DNA of 64,000 nt from Mycobacterium sp. (lineage in GTDB: Bacteria > Actinomycetota > Actinomycetes > Mycobacteriales > Mycobacteriaceae), in assembly GCF_050700595.1 (NCBI RefSeq), contig NZ_JBOHHI010000105.1, forward strand, positions 11,845-75,844. Reading direction: 5' to 3'. Every line of letters begins with the position of its first letter. Within the stretch, counting starts at the first letter, position 1. The notes below the pieces were generated by a model that was given only the letters and a program-made list of their open reading frames with translations, was not told where the DNA came from and made no database searches. The translations under genes and the position numbers were made by a program. Below are positions 21,383-29,999 of this stretch, piece after piece.

Positions 21383-22390
21383 TCATCGCCGGAAGTCCTG
21401 GAGGTATTGCGGCCAGTTCCAGGTCGACAAGAATGCCTGCGCCGCCAAATAGCCTCGTTGGAACAACTCTTCTTTCTGCCTGGCTGAGATGCCGAAGTCA
21501 AGAAAGCTGACATCGGTGGAGTCCACCCGGATCACCCGTGCGCTGACCCAGGGGTGATTGAGATAGGCCTGATCGCGGCCGACGATCATCGTGGTGATCA
21601 GGTCTTCCAGCAGGGTCGGGCCGCCGAAGTAATGCAACGGCCCCAGCGCGGGGATCACCTTGTCGTTGCCCTGCGGGAGGTTGGGTAGCAGGGTGACGCC
21701 GAAGGTGGGCCAGCGGGGGGTTTTGCCGTCGGGTCGGTCAAACGAGTCGAGCGGGAAGTTCGACAGCACGCCGCCGTCGACGAGCGTGGACGTCAACCCG
21801 GCGGTGCTGGTCAGCTTGGCGGTGCGGAAGAAGAACGGAATCGACATCGAGGCCCGCACGGCGTCGGCGACCGGCTGCTCGTCCGGGTCCAGGCCGTAGA
21901 CCCGCCGATAGTCCCACGGCAGCCGCACCAGCTGACCCAGTGTCACGTCGGCCACGGTCACCACCAACCGGTAGCGTCGCTCCGGCAGCAGGTTGTCGTC
22001 GTCGATGGCCAAATCGCCAAAAGTCGTGACGCCCAGCTTCTTCAATTCGCTGCCGATCCACTGGTGCGCGTAGTCGCCTTTGTACATGCCGTCTCCGCTG
22101 AGCAGGTCCCAGGCAGCGCCGAGCACCGGGATGCGCGTCAGCGGCTCGGCGTCGAGGAATTTGCGGTACGGCAGCTTCATCGCAAGTTCTTTGACCTGCT
22201 CGGGGGTCAGCTGGTTGCCCTTTTGGGCGGCGGCCAGGATCGCGCCGACGACCGAGCCCGCCGAGGTCCCCGACACCCGCGGGATCGAGTACCCGGCCTC
22301 CATCATTGCGACGACGGCGCCGACCAGGCCGATGCCCTTGACGCCGCCACCGGATAACACAAGGTCGGCCTTCAGCGGTGCTTCGGTCAT
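21383..22390 (-). CDS. patatin-like phospholipase, tandem paralogue
   Basis: From the ATG at 22390 the product reads MTEAPLKADLVLSGGGVKGIG, followed by GTSAGS and LVDGG. It aligns end to end with 20341..21372, which lies 10 nt downstream. Confidence 0.8.
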   Translation of the reverse strand: MTEAPLKADLVLSGGGVKGIGLVGAVVAMMEAGYSIPRVSGTSAGSVVGAILAAAQKGNQLTPEQVKELAMKLPYRKFLDAEPLTRIPVLGAAWDLLSGDGMYKGDYAHQWIGSELKKLGVTTFGDLAIDDDNLLPERRYRLVVTVADVTLGQLVRLPWDYRRVYGLDPDEQPVADAVRASMSIPFFFRTAKLTSTAGLTSTLVDGGVLSNFPLDSFDRPDGKTPRWPTFGVTLLPNLPQGNDKVIPALGPLHYFGGPTLLEDLITTMIVGRDQAYLNHPWVSARVIRVDSTDVSFLDFGISARQKEELFQRGYLAAQAFLSTWNWPQYLQDFRR

Positions 22391-22419
22391 GACGCTCCCT
22401 CCCGTTCGAACGTAACCTT

Positions 22420-22875
22420 TCAGTCCTCGCCCGAAACCCAATCGTAGGGAAGGAATTTCCCATCGAATGTGACCACGACACGGTCGCCGGAGGGATGCGG
22501 TTTCTTTTGCACGTCGACGCTGAAGTTGATCGCGCTCATGATGCCGTCGCCGAACTGCTCGTGGATCAGCTCCTTGATCGCCGGCCCGTACACCTGCAGG
22601 GCCTCGTAGAAGCGGTAGATGGTCGGATCGGTCGGCACCGCGGTGGGCAGCCCGCCGCGCATCGGCGGTGCGGCCAGCACCGCCACCGCCGACTCGTCGA
22701 GACCCAGCATCTCGACGAGCATCTTGCCCAGCTCGGCCGGGATCGGCTGCTGACCCAGCAGCGCCGAGGTGGTCCACGCCACCGGCCGACCGATGGCGTC
22801 GGCCAGCTCCTGCCAGGTCAGGCCCTTGGCCAGTCGCGCGACGACGATTTGTTCGGTGAGTTCGTTTCTGGTCAT
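22420..22875 (-). CDS. cynS: cyanate hydratase (cyanase)
   Basis: 151 aa with an N-terminal HTH-like part and the C-terminal cyanase domain (TIYRFYEALQVYGPAIKELIHEQFGDGIMSAINF). Confidence 0.85.
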   Translation of the reverse strand: MTRNELTEQIVVARLAKGLTWQELADAIGRPVAWTTSALLGQQPIPAELGKMLVEMLGLDESAVAVLAAPPMRGGLPTAVPTDPTIYRFYEALQVYGPAIKELIHEQFGDGIMSAINFSVDVQKKPHPSGDRVVVTFDGKFLPYDWVSGED

Positions 22876-22899
22876 GCGTTCCAGGATGCGCCCTCGCCC

Positions 22900-22928
22900 T
22901 ACCTACTATCTAGGTACGTATGTAGTAG
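22900..22928. promoter_or_regulatory. AT-rich nested inverted repeats in the cynS / dsbE-like divergent intergenic region
   Basis: TACCTA-ctatc-TAGGTA lies at 22900-22916, and CTACTA (22903-22908) is inverted to TAGTAG (22923-22928). This is an AT-rich island in an otherwise GC-rich region. Confidence 0.3.
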
Positions 22929-22967
22929 TGCGGCCCGCACCGTACCGTGGACCCGGGAGGAATCGCG

Positions 22968-23474
22968 TTGACACGTCGCTTGCTAGCCTTGCTCGCCTTG
23001 CTCGCCTTGCTCGCCGCCACGTTCGTCGTCGCGGCGTGCGGTTCGCAAACCGCGTCGCCCACCTCTGGGCCGGCCCGGTTGCAGTTCACCGCCAAAACCC
23101 TCGACGGCGGAGGGTTCTCCGGCCAAAGCTTGCTGGGTAAGCCCGCGGTGTTGTGGTTTTGGGCACCGTGGTGCTCGCACTGCCAACAGGCGGCGCCGAT
23201 GGTTTCCCGCGTCGCCGCCGCGAATCCGGCAGTGACGTTTGTGGGTGTGGCCGCGCGGGCTGACGTGCCCGCCATGCGGGTGTTTGTCGACAAGTACCAC
23301 CTGGGCGGGTTTACTCAACTGGCCGATACCGACGCGGCGGTCTGGGCGAAATTCGGTGTGACACAACAACCGGCGTACGCGTTCGTCCGTCCGGACGGCA
23401 GCGTCGACGTCGTCAAAGGCGACCTGCCCGAATCGGGGCTGACCGAGCGGGTCAGCACGCTGGGTCAGCGATGA
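22968..23474 (+). CDS. thioredoxin-fold lipoprotein (DsbE/DsbF/Mpt53-like)
   Basis: A TTG at 22968 sits 7 nt after GGGAGG (22955-22960). The product has a signal peptide TRRLLALLALLALLAATFVVAAC with a lipobox, and the active site WFWAPWCSHCQQ (CxxC). The ORF track start at 22947 is the alternative. Confidence 0.75.
   Translation: MTRRLLALLALLALLAATFVVAACGSQTASPTSGPARLQFTAKTLDGGGFSGQSLLGKPAVLWFWAPWCSHCQQAAPMVSRVAAANPAVTFVGVAARADVPAMRVFVDKYHLGGFTQLADTDAAVWAKFGVTQQPAYAFVRPDGSVDVVKGDLPESGLTERVSTLGQR
22979..23014 (+). repeat. 9-bp tandem repeat x4 (CTTGCTCGC) inside the signal-peptide coding region
   Basis: The sequence reads cttgctagc cttgctcgc cttgctcgc cttgctcgc and encodes (LLA)n in the h-region. 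Confidence 0.8.
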
Positions 23475-24364
23475 TCGACACCGCGGCACTGAGTTTCGCG
23501 CTGGCCGCCGGGCTGGTGGCCGCCCTCAACCCGTGCGGCTTCGCTTTTTTGCCCGGCTATTTGGCATTGGTGATCGCCGGCAGTCAGCAGACCTCCCGTC
23601 CGGCGGCCATAGCGCGCGCCGGCATGGCCACCGGGGCGATGGCCGCCGGATTCCTCACGGTGTTCGGTGTTTTCGGCCTGGTGATCTCGCCCGTGATTGC
23701 CTCGGCCGAGAAGTATCTACCGTTCGCCACCGTGGTGATGGGTGTTCTACTGGTCGTGCTGGCCGGCTGGTTGCTGGCCGGCAAGGACATCAACGTGCTC
23801 ATGCCCAAGCTGGGCGGCGGGGCGCCGACGGCGCGATTGGGTTCCATGTACGGCTATGGCGTCGGCTATGCGACTGCATCGCTATGTTGCACTGTCGCAC
23901 CGTTTCTCGCGGTGATCAGTACGACGTTCAAACAGGGGTCGGCGCTCTCCGGCATCCTCGCGTTCGCCGCCTATGCGGCCGGAATGAGCATCACGGTCGG
24001 CGTGGCCGCGCTGGCGGTGGCGCTGGCCGGCTCGTCGGCCACCGCGGCGTTGCGCCGAATCCTGCCGTACGTGAACCGGATCGTGGGTGTCGTCGTCTTG
24101 CTGACCGGACTCTATGTGGCCTACTACGGCTACTACGAAATCCGGTTGAACTTCACCAACGCCGGCCCGGACGACCCGGTCATTCACGCCGCGGGTACGG
24201 TGCAGGGTTGGCTGGCAAGCCAGGTCGAGGCGTTGGGTGTCTGGCCGTTATTGGGTGTCGCCGCCGCGCTGATTGTGGCGGGGGTGGGCTGGCGCGCTGT
24301 CGCGGGCCGGCGCGTGCGAAATCGCAACGTCGCCAACGCACTCACGGATGTTCCTCGTCGATGA
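23471..24364 (+). CDS. cytochrome c biogenesis CcdA/DsbD-family membrane protein
   Basis: 297 aa and polytopic, with the N-terminal ALNPCGFAFLPGYL motif. Its ATGA overlap with the upstream thioredoxin-fold gene matches the Mpt53-Rv2877c type pairing. Confidence 0.75.
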   Translation: MIDTAALSFALAAGLVAALNPCGFAFLPGYLALVIAGSQQTSRPAAIARAGMATGAMAAGFLTVFGVFGLVISPVIASAEKYLPFATVVMGVLLVVLAGWLLAGKDINVLMPKLGGGAPTARLGSMYGYGVGYATASLCCTVAPFLAVISTTFKQGSALSGILAFAAYAAGMSITVGVAALAVALAGSSATAALRRILPYVNRIVGVVVLLTGLYVAYYGYYEIRLNFTNAGPDDPVIHAAGTVQGWLASQVEALGVWPLLGVAAALIVAGVGWRAVAGRRVRNRNVANALTDVPRR

Positions 24365-24716
24365 TGCGGCGCAGCGCGGCCCGCACCCGGGACGACTCCT
24401 CGGCGTCCATCTGGTTGATGAAGAAGGCCAGGACGCGGTCGGAATCGCCGCCGGTGTCGAACGCATCGCGCATCAGGGCTGCCGAGTGTTCTTCGCGGGT
24501 CATGGTGGGCCAGTACCGGAATGCCTTGCCCGCACGCTCACGCTGTAGCCAGCCCTTGCGGTGCAGGTTATCCATCGTCGACATCACGGTGGTGTAGGCG
24601 ATCTCACGGTCGCGCGCCAGATCGTCGAAGATCTCGCGGACCGTGGTGGTCTGGCACAGGTCCCAGACCCGGTCCATGATGACGGCCTCGAGCTGACCGA
24701 AACGCCGAACGCGCAC
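24342..24716 (-). CDS. BlaI/MecI/CopY-family transcriptional repressor
   Basis: 124 aa with a winged helix (LEAVIMDRVWDL...VREIFDDLARDREIAYTTVMSTMDNLHRKGWLQRERAGKAFRYWP). No adjacent BlaR-type sensor gene is present. Confidence 0.8.
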   Translation of the reverse strand: MRVRRFGQLEAVIMDRVWDLCQTTTVREIFDDLARDREIAYTTVMSTMDNLHRKGWLQRERAGKAFRYWPTMTREEHSAALMRDAFDTGGDSDRVLAFFINQMDAEESSRVRAALRRIIDEEHP

Positions 24717-24720
24717 GGCC

Positions 24721-25473
24721 CTATGCTATCGGCTTCGTCGCGGTCACCAACCGCGTCGACGCCCACGGCCCGCCGTACCACATCCGCCATCCGAGGTTGC
24801 GGCGCCGCACGTCCAGCCAGCCCAATTCCCGCAACCCGGCGGCGTGCCGGCGGGTTTCCCAGAGGTCCGCAATCACAAGACGCCCGCCGGGACGTAGCAC
24901 CCGAGCCGCCTCACCCAGCGCCTGGCGCCGGCCCGCATGCGTCGGAATGTTGTGAATTGCAAGGCTACTGACGATCACGTCGACGCTGTTGTCCTCGAAC
25001 GGCAACGCCGTGATGTCGGCGGTGCGCACCTCGATGCGGTCGGTGACGTTTTCCAGATCGGCGTTCTTCAGCGTGGCCGACGGCGAGTTGTCGGTCTGAT
25101 CGGCGCGCCACAAGTCGATGCCGATCGCGTGACCGCGCGGCAGCCGCTTCGCCGCGGCCAGCAACACCGCCCCGCGCCCACAGCCCAGGTCGAGCAGCGT
25201 CTCGTCGCCCCGCAACCGGAGATCTTCGAGAATCCGGTTCCACGCCGCGAACTTGCCGACTTTCGTCGCATAGATGTAAAGCGCTGTGCTGGCGATGATT
25301 CCGAGACCTCCGGCTCCGCTCAGCGCTGCGGTCAACCGCTTACCCCGCGACCGGCTGACCGCGGCCCACGCCAGCAGCGCAACCGCCTGGACACCCAGGA
25401 CGGTCGCCTGTGCCCCCGCCGACACCGTCTTGAACGACCCGTCGATCCCGTAGTCGCCCTTGTGTTCGCGCAT
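24721..25473 (-). CDS. membrane-anchored class I SAM-dependent methyltransferase
   Basis: The ATG at 25473 shares one nucleotide with the nitroreductase stop (TGATG). Two N-terminal TM helices precede motif I, LLDLGCGRGAVLL. Confidence 0.7.
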   Translation of the reverse strand: MREHKGDYGIDGSFKTVSAGAQATVLGVQAVALLAWAAVSRSRGKRLTAALSGAGGLGIIASTALYIYATKVGKFAAWNRILEDLRLRGDETLLDLGCGRGAVLLAAAKRLPRGHAIGIDLWRADQTDNSPSATLKNADLENVTDRIEVRTADITALPFEDNSVDVIVSSLAIHNIPTHAGRRQALGEAARVLRPGGRLVIADLWETRRHAAGLRELGWLDVRRRNLGWRMWYGGPWASTRLVTATKPIA

Positions 25474-25988
25474 CACCAGTGTCCGTGGTGGACGACCTCG
25501 GCGAACGGCCGCCGGTTCGGTTTGCGGATCGGGACAAGTGCACGATCGGCGGGATACCCGATACCGAGCAGATAGGCCACCAGGCGGTCGTCGGGCACGC
25601 CCAGGATCGCGCGTGCTTTGTCCTGGTCCCCCACCGACGAATGGCCGGTGCCGATTCCCAGGTCGGTGGCCGCAATCATCATCGCCATCGTCGCCTGGCC
25701 GACATCGTACTGGTCCGTCACCTTGCGACGCTCGCTCGCCGGTACGGGCACCACCAAAGCGATCGCGGCCGCTGCCGAGGCGATATGACCGGCGCCCATC
25801 CACACTGTGGAAAGTTCTTGCAGCGCAGCCTTGTCGGTGACGATGACGAAGTCCCACGGCTGGCGGTTTTTCGCCGACGGCGCCCGCCATCCGGCCTCGG
25901 CGATCCGGTCCAGGTCGGCGTCGGCAACCGGTTCCGGCCGGTACTGCCGGACATTGCGCCGCGCGCAGATCGCATCCCAGGCTTCCAT
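25473..25988 (-). CDS. nitroreductase-family protein
   Basis: From the ATG at 25988 the product reads MEAWDAICARRNVRQYRPEPVADADLDRIAEAGWRAPSAKNRQPWDFVIV, the classic nitroreductase N-terminus. Confidence 0.8.
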   Translation of the reverse strand: MEAWDAICARRNVRQYRPEPVADADLDRIAEAGWRAPSAKNRQPWDFVIVTDKAALQELSTVWMGAGHIASAAAAIALVVPVPASERRKVTDQYDVGQATMAMMIAATDLGIGTGHSSVGDQDKARAILGVPDDRLVAYLLGIGYPADRALVPIRKPNRRPFAEVVHHGHW

Positions 25989-26011
25989 GTCGTCCTTCCT
26001 CGTCCGTCGGA

Positions 26012-26611
26012 TCAGGCGGATTCGCCGATCTCGTGTTCCAGCGCGTCGATCACGTCGCGGAGTTCGTCGACCATCCAGTTGTCGATGCGGTCGGTGTATA
26101 CCTCCAGCAGCGACCGGTAATACCACAGGTGCTGCTGCGGGTCGGCGACGTTGAACCGCTGCCACAGTTCGTCGCCGAGATCGCGGAAGTCGCGCAGGAT
26201 CGCGCGGGCGTTGTGCAGTTTGTCGGCCAGCGAGACCAGGATGGCCTCGTCCGAGGCGTCCACCAGGCAGCGGATGTAGTATTCCTTGCGCTCGCGCCAG
26301 GGTGGTTTCGGCGTCTCGAACGTGTCGCTGCATTCGGACACGATCAAGGCCACGTCGGCGCCGAACCTCTCCCGGATCTGGGCCAGCGTCTCCTCCCCGC
26401 CCTGATCCTCGCCGGCGTCGTGCAGCAATGCGGCGATGGCCTGCGTTTCGGTGCCGTCGGCCTCGATGACCAACCCGGCGACCGACAGCAGATGGCCGAG
26501 ATACGGGGTGCCATTGCCTTTGCGTGTCTGGGTGGCGTGCTTGTCCGCGGCGTATTGCACGGCCTCGATGAACGTGGGCGTTAGGCGTGCTGACGCTGTC
26601 TGATTGGCCAT
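26012..26611 (-). CDS. stand-alone HD-domain hydrolase resembling the RelA/SpoT (p)ppGpp hydrolase domain
   Basis: From the ATG at 26611 the product reads MANQTAS...AVQYAADKHATQTRKGNGTPYLGHLLSVAGLV...AIAALLHDAGED, which follows the H..(HD)..D pattern of SpoT-type hydrolase domains. It has no synthetase domain. Confidence 0.6.
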   Translation of the reverse strand: MANQTASARLTPTFIEAVQYAADKHATQTRKGNGTPYLGHLLSVAGLVIEADGTETQAIAALLHDAGEDQGGEETLAQIRERFGADVALIVSECSDTFETPKPPWRERKEYYIRCLVDASDEAILVSLADKLHNARAILRDFRDLGDELWQRFNVADPQQHLWYYRSLLEVYTDRIDNWMVDELRDVIDALEHEIGESA

Positions 26612-26690
26612 GACCCTCACTGTGGCACACACCGTGACAGTTCCCCGAACCCCCGGCAGGTGTCGGTGGGGCCGTCTATGGTGGCCCGCG

Positions 26691-29600
26691 ATGGGCCTTC
26701 ATCTGCACCGTGCCGAGCGCACCGATCTACTGGCCGACGGGCTCGGCGCGCTGCTGGCCGACCCGCTGCCCGACCCGTTCGCCGAGGAACTGGTGTTGGT
26801 GCCGGCGCGCGGGGTGGAGCGCTGGCTGAGCCAACGACTCTCGCATGTCTTAGGCCGCAGGCCCGGAGGTGCGAGCGGTGACGGGGTGTGCGCCGGGGTG
26901 GCGTTCCGCAGCCCGGCGTCGCTGATCGCCGCGATCACCGGCACGGTCGACGACGATCCCTGGTCGCCGGAGGCGATGACCTGGCCGTTGCTGGAGGTCA
27001 TCGACTGTTCGCTGGACGAGCCGTGGTGCCGGACGCTGGCAACGCATTTGGGTCACTTCGACGATGACGAGTTACGCCGGGGCCGCCGCTATTCGGTGGC
27101 GCGCCGGCTGGCCGGGTTGTTCGCCTCCTACGCGCGGCAGCGCCCGCAGCTGCTGGTCGACTGGCTGGATGGGAATGTAGGTGACCTCGACGCCGACCTG
27201 GCCTGGCAGCCGGAACTGTGGCGAGGGCTGGTCGCGCGTACCGACGCCGATCCCCCACACATCCGTCACCAGAAAACCCTGGCCCGGCTGCGCGAAGGCC
27301 CGGCCGACCTGCCGGCCCGGCTGTCGCTGTTCGGGCACACCCGGCTGGCCTGCACGGAGGTGGAGCTGCTCGACCCGCTGGCCACCCATCACGAGCTGCA
27401 CCTGTGGCTGCCGCATCCCAGCGACGAGTTGTGGCAGAAGCTCGTCGGCACCCACGGCCCGATCCCCCGTCGCGAGGACACCAGCCACCGTCAAGTCGGC
27501 CATCCGCTGCTGGCGACGCTCGGACGAGACCTGCGCGAGCTTCAACGCGGTCTGCCAAGAGAACTACAGACCGACGAATACCTGCACGGCCTCCGTGATC
27601 ACGTGCATCCGGACACGCTGCTCGGCTGGCTGCAGTCCGATATCGCCGCCAATGCTATTCGGCCACAGGGGCGGAAGCTGTCGGTGGATGACCGCTCCGC
27701 GCAAATACACAACTGCCATGGCCCGGCCCGTCAGGTCGATGTGCTGCGCGAAGTCCTGCTCGGCCTCCTGCAAGACGACCCGACGCTCGAGCCGCGCGAC
27801 ATCCTGGTGATGTGCCCGGACATCGAAACGTACGCGCCGCTGATCGTCGCCGACTTCGGGCTCGGCGACATGGTCCGGGGTGCCCACCCTGCACATCGAT
27901 TGAGAGTGCAGCTCGCGGACCGCTCGCTGATCCAGACCAACCCGCTGCTCGGCGTGGCCTCGCAGTTGCTGGTGCTGGCCGGCAGCAGGGTGACGGCCAG
28001 TGAGGTGCTCAACTTCGCGCAGGCCGCGCCGGTGCGCGCACGCTTCGGCTTCACCGATGACGATCTGGAGAACATCACCCGCTGGGTGCGGCAGGCGAAC
28101 ATTCGGTGGGGCTTCGACCAGCAGCATCGGCGGCCGTATTACGTCGACTTCGTCCACAACACCTGGCGTTTCGGCCTTGACCGGATACTGGCCGGCGTTG
28201 CGATGTCCGATGACGCGCATGCCTGGATCGACGCCACACTGCCACTCGATGACGTCAGCAGCAACCGCGTCCAATTGGCCGGCCAGTTGGCCGAATTCGT
28301 CGACCGGCTACAGCATGTGATCGACTCACTCGGTGGCGCTCGGCCGTTACGTGAGTGGCTGGCCGCCCTCGCCGACGGAATCAACCTGTTAACGAGCATC
28401 GACGATTCCGACATGTGGCAGACCACCCAGATGCAGCGTGAGTTCGCCGAGGTGTTGGCGCAGGCCGGTTCTCGCGCTGACACGGTCTTGAGGCTGCCCG
28501 ATATCCGGGCATTGCTCGACCGACACCTGGCCGGGCGCCCAACGCGGGCCAACTTCCGCACCGGCACCCTGACCGTCTGCACCATGGTGCCCATGCGCTC
28601 GGTGCCCCACCGGGTGGTCTGCCTGGTCGGCCTCGACGACAGGGTCTTCCCGCGCCTCGGTGTCGTCGACGGTGACGACGTACTGGCCCGCAACCCGATG
28701 ACCGGAGAACGCGACATCCGTTCCGAGGACCGGCAATTGCTGCTCGACGCCATCGGCGCGGCCACCGAGAAACTGGTGATCACCTATACCGGCGCCAATG
28801 AGTACTCGGGCCAGCCGCGCCCACCCGCGGTGCCGCTGGCCGAACTGCTGGATAGTCTCGACATGACTACGCCACACAAAATTCGCAAGCGCATCGTCAT
28901 CGAGCATCCGTTGCAGCCGTTCGACGTTCGCAACGTCATCCCCGGAGAGCTGGTGCCGAAAGTTCCGTTCAGCTTCGACCCGACCGTTTTGCGGGCGGCG
29001 CGGGTGGCCACCGGCGAACACAGCGAGCAGCCCAAGTTCATTTCCGGACCGCTGCCGCCATCGCCGCGTGACGACGTCATCCTCGCCGATCTCGTCGGCT
29101 TCTTCAAAGACCCGGTGAAGGGCTTCTTCAGCGCGCTGGAATTCACGCTGCCGCGCGACGTCGACGGTGTTCAAGACGCGATGCCGGTCGACATCAACAG
29201 CCTCGAGGAGTGGACGGTCGGCGACCGGATGCTGGGCGACATCCTGCGCGGGATGACCCGCGATGACGCGCGGCAAGCGGAGTGGCGCCGCGGCACTCTT
29301 CCGCCCGGTCAGCTGGGTTGGCGCAAGGCAACCGAGATTCGCGATCAGGCGGACCTGCTGGCGACCGCGGCACGACAACATCGTCAGGCCGACGCGCAGG
29401 CCTATGACGTCGACATCGATCTCGGCTGTGGGCGACGCCTCACGGGCACGGTGTCGCCGGTGTACGGGCAGCGCCTGGTGTCGGTGACCTATTCCAGGCT
29501 GGACGGCAAACACCTGCTCGAGTCCTGGATTCCGTTGCTGGCGTTGATCGCCCATGATCCAGGCTGCGACTGGTCGGCGGTGTGTATCGGCCGTCTCAAA

Positions 29601-29999
29601 AGAGGCACCACTCCACGCGTGGAGGGGCTGGGACGGCCACACGGCCCGGATCATCAAGCCGTCGAGGTGTTGCGTGAGCTGGTCGCGATCTACGACGCCG
29701 GCCGCCGCGAACCGATTCCATTGCCCATCAAGACGTCCTATGCCTGGGCAGTCGCCCGGCGCTGCGGTGACGATCCGGTAAAAGAGTCCCTTTACCGATG
29801 GAAATCCAGCGACCGATACCCCGGCGCTGAGGACCAGGCGCCTGCCCACGTGCGGGCGTGGGGCAAAAACACGCCACTGGCCGCCCTGATGCAACCGCTG
29901 CGGCCGGGCGAGGAGTACGACGGCGAAGACAACCGGCTCGGCGCCTATGCCGCGCGGCTCTGGCTGCCGCTGCTGCGCGCTGAGAGGAAGCCGGCCTGA
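26691..29999 (+). CDS. recC: exodeoxyribonuclease V gamma subunit RecC
   Basis: About 1100 aa from the ATG at 26691 (MGLHLHRAERTDLLADGL...VLVPARGVERWLSQRLS). Its stop overlaps the recB start, in recCBD operon order. Confidence 0.9.
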   Translation: MGLHLHRAERTDLLADGLGALLADPLPDPFAEELVLVPARGVERWLSQRLSHVLGRRPGGASGDGVCAGVAFRSPASLIAAITGTVDDDPWSPEAMTWPLLEVIDCSLDEPWCRTLATHLGHFDDDELRRGRRYSVARRLAGLFASYARQRPQLLVDWLDGNVGDLDADLAWQPELWRGLVARTDADPPHIRHQKTLARLREGPADLPARLSLFGHTRLACTEVELLDPLATHHELHLWLPHPSDELWQKLVGTHGPIPRREDTSHRQVGHPLLATLGRDLRELQRGLPRELQTDEYLHGLRDHVHPDTLLGWLQSDIAANAIRPQGRKLSVDDRSAQIHNCHGPARQVDVLREVLLGLLQDDPTLEPRDILVMCPDIETYAPLIVADFGLGDMVRGAHPAHRLRVQLADRSLIQTNPLLGVASQLLVLAGSRVTASEVLNFAQAAPVRARFGFTDDDLENITRWVRQANIRWGFDQQHRRPYYVDFVHNTWRFGLDRILAGVAMSDDAHAWIDATLPLDDVSSNRVQLAGQLAEFVDRLQHVIDSLGGARPLREWLAALADGINLLTSIDDSDMWQTTQMQREFAEVLAQAGSRADTVLRLPDIRALLDRHLAGRPTRANFRTGTLTVCTMVPMRSVPHRVVCLVGLDDRVFPRLGVVDGDDVLARNPMTGERDIRSEDRQLLLDAIGAATEKLVITYTGANEYSGQPRPPAVPLAELLDSLDMTTPHKIRKRIVIEHPLQPFDVRNVIPGELVPKVPFSFDPTVLRAARVATGEHSEQPKFISGPLPPSPRDDVILADLVGFFKDPVKGFFSALEFTLPRDVDGVQDAMPVDINSLEEWTVGDRMLGDILRGMTRDDARQAEWRRGTLPPGQLGWRKATEIRDQADLLATAARQHRQADAQAYDVDIDLGCGRRLTGTVSPVYGQRLVSVTYSRLDGKHLLESWIPLLALIAHDPGCDWSAVCIGRLKRGTTPRVEGLGRPHGPDHQAVEVLRELVAIYDAGRREPIPLPIKTSYAWAVARRCGDDPVKESLYRWKSSDRYPGAEDQAPAHVRAWGKNTPLAALMQPLRPGEEYDGEDNRLGAYAARLWLPLLRAERKPA

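Noticed and set aside
20341-22390. Patatin genes as possible CBASS-type or other defence effectors
   Set aside because: No cyclase, sensor or other defence-associated partner is nearby. The genes sit in a metabolic-looking operon with cynS.
22979-23014. Possible CRISPR-like or other repeat arrays (the 9-bp tandem repeat here and the 23-bp phased heptamers at 49695-49747)
   Set aside because: The units are far too short. They have no unique spacers of CRISPR size, and no cas genes occur anywhere in the window. One array is coding sequence and the other looks like an operator array.
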